From Corynebacterium amycolatum (GTDB lineage: Bacteria > Actinomycetota > Actinomycetes > Mycobacteriales > Mycobacteriaceae), in the NCBI RefSeq assembly GCF_049243625.1, contig NZ_CP046975.1: 32,000 nucleotides of DNA; one strand, given 5' to 3'. The position numbers and the translations under genes are program-made. Positions 27,802 to 32,000 of this stretch are shown here, one piece after another. Position 1 is the first letter of the stretch; every line of letters starts with the position of its first letter. The notes under the pieces are model-generated. The model ran no database searches. It was not told the origin of the DNA and saw nothing but the letters and a program-made list of their open reading frames with translations.

Positions 27802-28649
27802 TGTCAGCTCGGGAAGACGATCTTGCACGCGTCCTGGCGTACTTAGAGCTAACTGTTACGCGTAAGCTCAACGGACTTTTGCGCGGCAGCTTTCTTTCCA
27901 CCGCTACTGGAGATGGCTCTGAGCCGCTTGGCTCCCGCGAATATGTCATCGGCGATGATGTTCGCCAGATGAACTGGGCAGTGACAGCCCGTACTGGAGT
28001 GCCGCACGTTCGCACCTCCGAGGCCGAGCGCGAGCTGGAGTGCTGGATCGTCGCCGAACCCGCCGCACGTCTGTCCACGGGCTTGGCCGATACCACCAAA
28101 CGACATCTGCTCACCGCCGCTGCCGGCGCTATAACGATGCTTAACGACGCCCCGGGGTCCCGAACTGGATTAATCGCCGGTGGCACTCCAGTGCCCGCGG
28201 GCCAGGGCCGTGCCCACAGCTTGATGCTGCTCAAGCACTTGGCTGACGCGACCGCTGAGCACAATCTCGCCGCGGATATTGACACAGTAATGACCCAGGC
28301 TCCGCGCGCTGGGTTATTGGTTATCATCTCGGACTTCCTTGGATCACTCGATTGGGCGCGACCGCTGCGCATTGCCTCGGCCTCGACAGAGATTATGGCA
28401 ATCCGCCTGGTCGATCCAGCCGATGAAGCCTTACCCGGCGATGGCCCGGTGGTCATGGCGGATTCAGCAACTGGTGAAACCATTGAACTCAACATCAACG
28501 ACAAAACCCGCGCCGAGTACGCAGCTCAGGCTAGTGCCCACCACGAGCGTGTAATCAATGAACTGCGCAAATGCCGTGCTCGCGTTATTACCTTGCGTAC
28601 GGATTCCGATTGGGTACTGGATTTTGCCCGACAAATTGGCCAACATTAG
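27801..28649 (+). CDS. DUF58 domain protein (MoxR-associated)
   Basis: The characteristic segment REYVIGDDVRQMNWAVTARTGVPHVRT. TAATG overlap with moxR. 282 aa. Confidence 0.8.
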   Translation: MSAREDDLARVLAYLELTVTRKLNGLLRGSFLSTATGDGSEPLGSREYVIGDDVRQMNWAVTARTGVPHVRTSEAERELECWIVAEPAARLSTGLADTTKRHLLTAAAGAITMLNDAPGSRTGLIAGGTPVPAGQGRAHSLMLLKHLADATAEHNLAADIDTVMTQAPRAGLLVIISDFLGSLDWARPLRIASASTEIMAIRLVDPADEALPGDGPVVMADSATGETIELNINDKTRAEYAAQASAHHERVINELRKCRARVITLRTDSDWVLDFARQIGQH

Positions 28650-28761
28650 CGTCTGAGTAACCGCTTGTTAGTGCTATTTTTAGGCCACCGACTAACCGGT
28701 TATAGCCACTGGCTTATACGCGACTGTTTAGGCGACTGGATGTGAGGAAACTGATACCGCG

Positions 28762-29754
28762 ATGACGTTCCTAAACTCAACTTTTGCGCACCCAGGTTGG
28801 TTGCTCGCGCTCGCTCTGCCTCTCGTGGCAGCCGTGGCCTATTGGATCAGCACTAAGCAGCGAAAGCAACGTGCCATTGCCTTTGGCAACTTCACCATCG
28901 TTGGGTCACTGGGGAATAAGTCGTCGGCACGCCTACGCCATGTCGTGGCTATCAGTGCGCTGTTGTCTCTAGTTCTGGTCATCATTTCATTGGCCGGTCC
29001 GATTTCGGAGACCAAAGTCGCCCGCAACCGAGCGACGGTCATGTTGGTGGTCGACGTTTCGCTGTCCATGTCGGCCACGGATGTTGCGCCCGACCGCATC
29101 ACTGCTGCTAAAGAAGCCGGCCAAGAGTTCGTGGAGAACCTTCCCGACGACCTCAATATCGGCCTGGTGACGTTCTCTGGCCGCGCTCGCACTGCGGTCA
29201 GCCCGACTACCAACCATGACACCGTGAATCGAGCCCTTCAGGCTGCTGAGTTAGATCAGGCGACTGCTACCGGTGATGCCATCGCTGCCGCGCTCGATGC
29301 CATCACTCAGTTCAGCGACTCGGTCCAGGGCGGGGGAGAAGGCTCCCCACCAGCGACAATTGTGCTGCTTTCCGACGGCAAACAGACCGTCCCGCAAGAG
29401 CTCGACGATCCCCGCGGCGCGTATACCGCCGCCGCCGAAGCCGCCAAGGCCGGGGTGCCTGTCAACACGATTTCGTTCGGTACCGCGCAAGGCGCAATCA
29501 CGGTTCAGGGCGAGTTAATTCCAGTGCCTAACGACGACGATTCGCTGCGAGAAATCGCACGTCGAACAAAAGGTGAGTTCTTCAGCGCAGGTTCCCTCGA
29601 GCAGCTCCGGGATGCATATGGCTCGCTGGAGGATGACATCGGTTACGAACTCAAGCGGGCCGAGAATCCGAGGCCCTATCTGATCGCAGCCTTCGCGATG
29701 CTGCTAGTGACCGTGGGCTCACTGCTTGTGACCAATCGTCGAATTCCGCAATAG
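28762..29754 (+). CDS. BatA-like von Willebrand factor A domain membrane protein
   Basis: The N-terminal FAHPGWLLALALPLV motif with two TM helices. MIDAS motif VVDVSLSMSATD. C-terminal TM helix (YLIAAFAMLLVTVGSLLV). Confidence 0.85.
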   Translation: MTFLNSTFAHPGWLLALALPLVAAVAYWISTKQRKQRAIAFGNFTIVGSLGNKSSARLRHVVAISALLSLVLVIISLAGPISETKVARNRATVMLVVDVSLSMSATDVAPDRITAAKEAGQEFVENLPDDLNIGLVTFSGRARTAVSPTTNHDTVNRALQAAELDQATATGDAIAAALDAITQFSDSVQGGGEGSPPATIVLLSDGKQTVPQELDDPRGAYTAAAEAAKAGVPVNTISFGTAQGAITVQGELIPVPNDDDSLREIARRTKGEFFSAGSLEQLRDAYGSLEDDIGYELKRAENPRPYLIAAFAMLLVTVGSLLVTNRRIPQ

Positions 29755-29864
29755 GGTCGGGTTAGGGTGCCGTCGTAAAGCAATTGGATGGAACCCAGCA
29801 GGCAGGAGACCATGAGCATTGAGCAGTCGTCTTATGGTGTCCTCAGACTGCGCTACTAAACTGG

Positions 29865-30929
29865 TTGCCTATGTCTTCTGATAATTTTGACGCTATCTTG
29901 CTGTTGTCTTTCGGCGGTCCCGAAAAGATGGCCGATGTGCGTCCCTTCCTGGAGAATGTCACCCGCGGCCGCGGAATTCCGCCGGAGAGGTTGGACGAGG
30001 TCGGTGCTCACTATGCGCACTTCGGCGGCAAGTCCCCGCTCAACGATTTAAACCGCGAAATTGTCTCCAACCTTAAGGCTGAGCTCACTCGCCGTGGCTA
30101 TGACTTGCCTGTTTATTTCGGGAATCGCAATTGGCATCCGATGGCTGAAGACACCGCGGCAAAGATGGCTGATGACGGCGTTAAGCGAGCGCTCGTTTTC
30201 GCCACTAGCGCCTGGGGCGGATACTCCGGCTGCCGCCAGTATCACGAAGACATTGCTCGGATGCGCGAATCTCTGGGCGACCGTGCTTTTGACATGGAGA
30301 AAATTCGGAGCTTCTACGATCATCCGCTCTTTATAGAAGCCTATGCAGATGCCGTGCGTGAGGCGTTTGCCAAGCTACCGGATGACCGTCGTGACCAGGC
30401 CCGGCTTATTTTCACCGCTCACTCTATTCCGGTCTCTGCGGACAAGGCATCTGGGCCGGTAGAACTCGGCGGAAATCTTTACTCTCGCCAGGTCAACGAA
30501 GCAGCGCGGCTGGTCGCCGATGCAGTCGGTATCACCGACTTTGACGTCGTCTGGCAGTCCCGCTCGGGCCCGGAGCACGTGCCGTGGTTGGAGCCTGACA
30601 TCGTCGACCACGTTGAAGCGGAGGTCACCCAAGGTCTTCGATCCGCAGTAGTGTGCCCGATTGGCTTCATCTCGGACCATGTTGAGGTCGCCTGGGATTT
30701 GGATGCTGAGCTACAGGATGAAATGGCTCATCACGACATAGTCATCGAGCGTGTCGCAACACCTGGCCCGACGGCTACTTTCACTGACATGCTCGTGGAG
30801 CTCATCGAAGAGCGCATCGCAGATGCCGAACCCCGCCGCCTGGGAAGTGGACCGCTACTCGGCTCGGCCTGCAACGGCGCCCCCTGCGCCGCATCCTGTT
30901 GCACCCCGGCAACGCGCCGCCCACACTGA
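29865..30929 (+). CDS. hemH: Ferrochelatase (actinobacterial coproporphyrin ferrochelatase type with C-terminal Cys cluster)
   Basis: [16 protein letters not shown] and [14 protein letters not shown] motifs. The C-terminal [11 protein letters not shown], together with the internal [10 protein letters not shown] Cys, is consistent with the [2Fe-2S] site of actinobacterial enzymes. The start is either TTG 29865 or, more likely, ATG 29871. Confidence 0.9.
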   Translation: MPMSSDNFDAILLLSFGGPEKMADVRPFLENVTRGRGIPPERLDEVGAHYAHFGGKSPLNDLNREIVSNLKAELTRRGYDLPVYFGNRNWHPMAEDTAAKMADDGVKRALVFATSAWGGYSGCRQYHEDIARMRESLGDRAFDMEKIRSFYDHPLFIEAYADAVREAFAKLPDDRRDQARLIFTAHSIPVSADKASGPVELGGNLYSRQVNEAARLVADAVGITDFDVVWQSRSGPEHVPWLEPDIVDHVEAEVTQGLRSAVVCPIGFISDHVEVAWDLDAELQDEMAHHDIVIERVATPGPTATFTDMLVELIEERIADAEPRRLGSGPLLGSACNGAPCAASCCTPATRRPH

Positions 30930-30969
30930 TTCCCTTGGCCTCAATTGGACCGCAGGGCAAGGCAAACCT

Positions 30970-31827
30970 CTAGCGGGTCCACTCCTGAATCGCGTATTCC
31001 ACCGCGCTCATCCGCGCCTGCCGAATCTTTCGCCACAGCGGGATGAGCTGCGCATCAAACGCGGCGCTGCCGTGCCCCGACTCGCTGCCCTGTGCCACCG
31101 CCAGAATCGACGACACCCGATCAGCTCGGGCGAGCACTCCCAGTGCACGGCGCGGCACATCATCCGGAACAAAAGCCATGTCCAGGTGATCATCAAGCAT
31201 GCCGACCATCAGCCGAGGATCCGCCTTCGGGGTACCACTGCTTGACGACGTCAGCGGTGAACGCGGCATCGCCGCAATAGTGGCAGCCGCAACTCGCGCC
31301 GCATCCGCCAGCTGCAAATCCGCCTCGCCAGGGGAGAGATAGGCCGGCTCCGGGATGTGTCCTTCGAGCGTGTACCAGTGCCACTGCAGCAGACCGGGCA
31401 CCGGCGATGTCACTGGTACGAGCGCATGGTTCCAACCCGGCTCCGCATCCGCAATCACAATGGCTGAGCCTGCTGCGCGTGCGCCCTCAGCGGCGTCGGT
31501 TCCCGCAGGCAGTGCAGGTGCGTCACCGGGTCCGGAGAGAATAAGGCGGACGAGGGGACGATGGTCACTGTGCCAATCTCCCGCGTCAGTAACTGCTCGA
31601 AGAAGGCGGAGCATGTCGCTTCGATCGAGATCAGCGTCGCAATCGATGACATTCGGAACCATGGCGTCGGCAAGCACGAATGTCCCCGGAACTGACGTGG
31701 GCCCGCCGAGCGAATCAAGAGCATCGAGGAGATGATCGTAGTTTTCCAAACCCGACAACCATGCGCCCAGCCAAAGGGCGATGTGCTGAGTTGGACTCCA
31801 GACCTGGTCGAGAACACTGCGCTGCAT
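30970..31827 (-). CDS. Conserved hypothetical protein (Rv1486c-like position, convergent with ferrochelatase)
   Basis: Open frame with high-GC codon usage and no recognisable motifs. The start is placed at ATG 31827, preceded by AGGATGAG; the ORF-track start at 31974 adds 49 residues of implausible composition. Confidence 0.55.
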   Translation of the reverse strand: MQRSVLDQVWSPTQHIALWLGAWLSGLENYDHLLDALDSLGGPTSVPGTFVLADAMVPNVIDCDADLDRSDMLRLLRAVTDAGDWHSDHRPLVRLILSGPGDAPALPAGTDAAEGARAAGSAIVIADAEPGWNHALVPVTSPVPGLLQWHWYTLEGHIPEPAYLSPGEADLQLADAARVAAATIAAMPRSPLTSSSSGTPKADPRLMVGMLDDHLDMAFVPDDVPRRALGVLARADRVSSILAVAQGSESGHGSAAFDAQLIPLWRKIRQARMSAVEYAIQEWTR

Positions 31828-32000
31828 AGTGCAGCTCATCCTAGTGCAGTGTGTCGCCGGTTCCGTAACCCATGCTGTTAATCTCAGTATCCATGAGCTT
31901 TCAAGACCCGTATCGCAATCAGGACGTGTTTGCTGGCGCACGTGGACACCGCCGTCGTATCCCGCAGCCGGCACGCGAGGTAACAGCAGAAAATGGTGTT

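Noticed and set aside
27725-28504. A 259-aa minus-strand ORF opposite the DUF58 gene
   Set aside because: It is antisense to a gene that is translationally coupled to moxR and carries the DUF58 signature. Its translation is Ser/Ala/Arg-rich low complexity.
31893-32000. A plus-strand frame open from ATG 31893 to the window edge (MSFQDPYRNQDVFAGARGHRRRIPQPAREVTAENGV)
   Set aside because: Only 36 codons are visible, with no SD and no motif. It may be the start of the next gene but cannot be supported from this window.

Overview
This window looks like core chromosome from a high-GC actinobacterium of the Corynebacterium/Mycobacteriales type. Gene order parallels M. tuberculosis Rv1456c-Rv1486c and the C. 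glutamicum ctaA-mptB-suf and acn-acnR neighbourhoods. That comparison is from memory of those loci, not from a search.

Genes from left to right:
- a truncated ctaA start;
- an ABC-2 exporter pair;
- an mptB-like GT-C mannosyltransferase;
- the complete sufR-sufBDCSU-sufT Fe-S assembly operon;
- a LysP-like amino-acid permease;
- an orphan lycopene-cyclase-family flavoprotein;
- an ABC-F ATPase;
- a LuxR-type response regulator with an unusually built 758-aa sensor kinase;
- two tandem stand-alone class-I glutamine amidotransferases;
- acnR and acn, with a textbook AcnR operator upstream;
- a tail-anchored membrane protein;
- a RipA-like coiled-coil NlpC/P60 hydrolase with an in-frame 27-bp tandem repeat;
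- a moxR-DUF58-VWA triad;
- ferrochelatase;
- an Rv1486c-like conserved hypothetical.

I saw no tRNA or rRNA genes, CRISPR arrays, transposases or integrases.

I cannot point to a clear-cut novel multi-gene system. The most unusual items are:
1. the double-module kinase/pseudokinase gene, which has a 1.8-kb low-GC core and is chained to two GATase paralogs;
2. the 630-bp non-coding region between the membrane protein gene and the RipA-like gene, which holds a terminator-bounded C-rich RNA candidate and a long leader;
3. several compact regulatory arrangements.

All functional calls rest on motifs read by eye and remembered synteny. No database searches were run.
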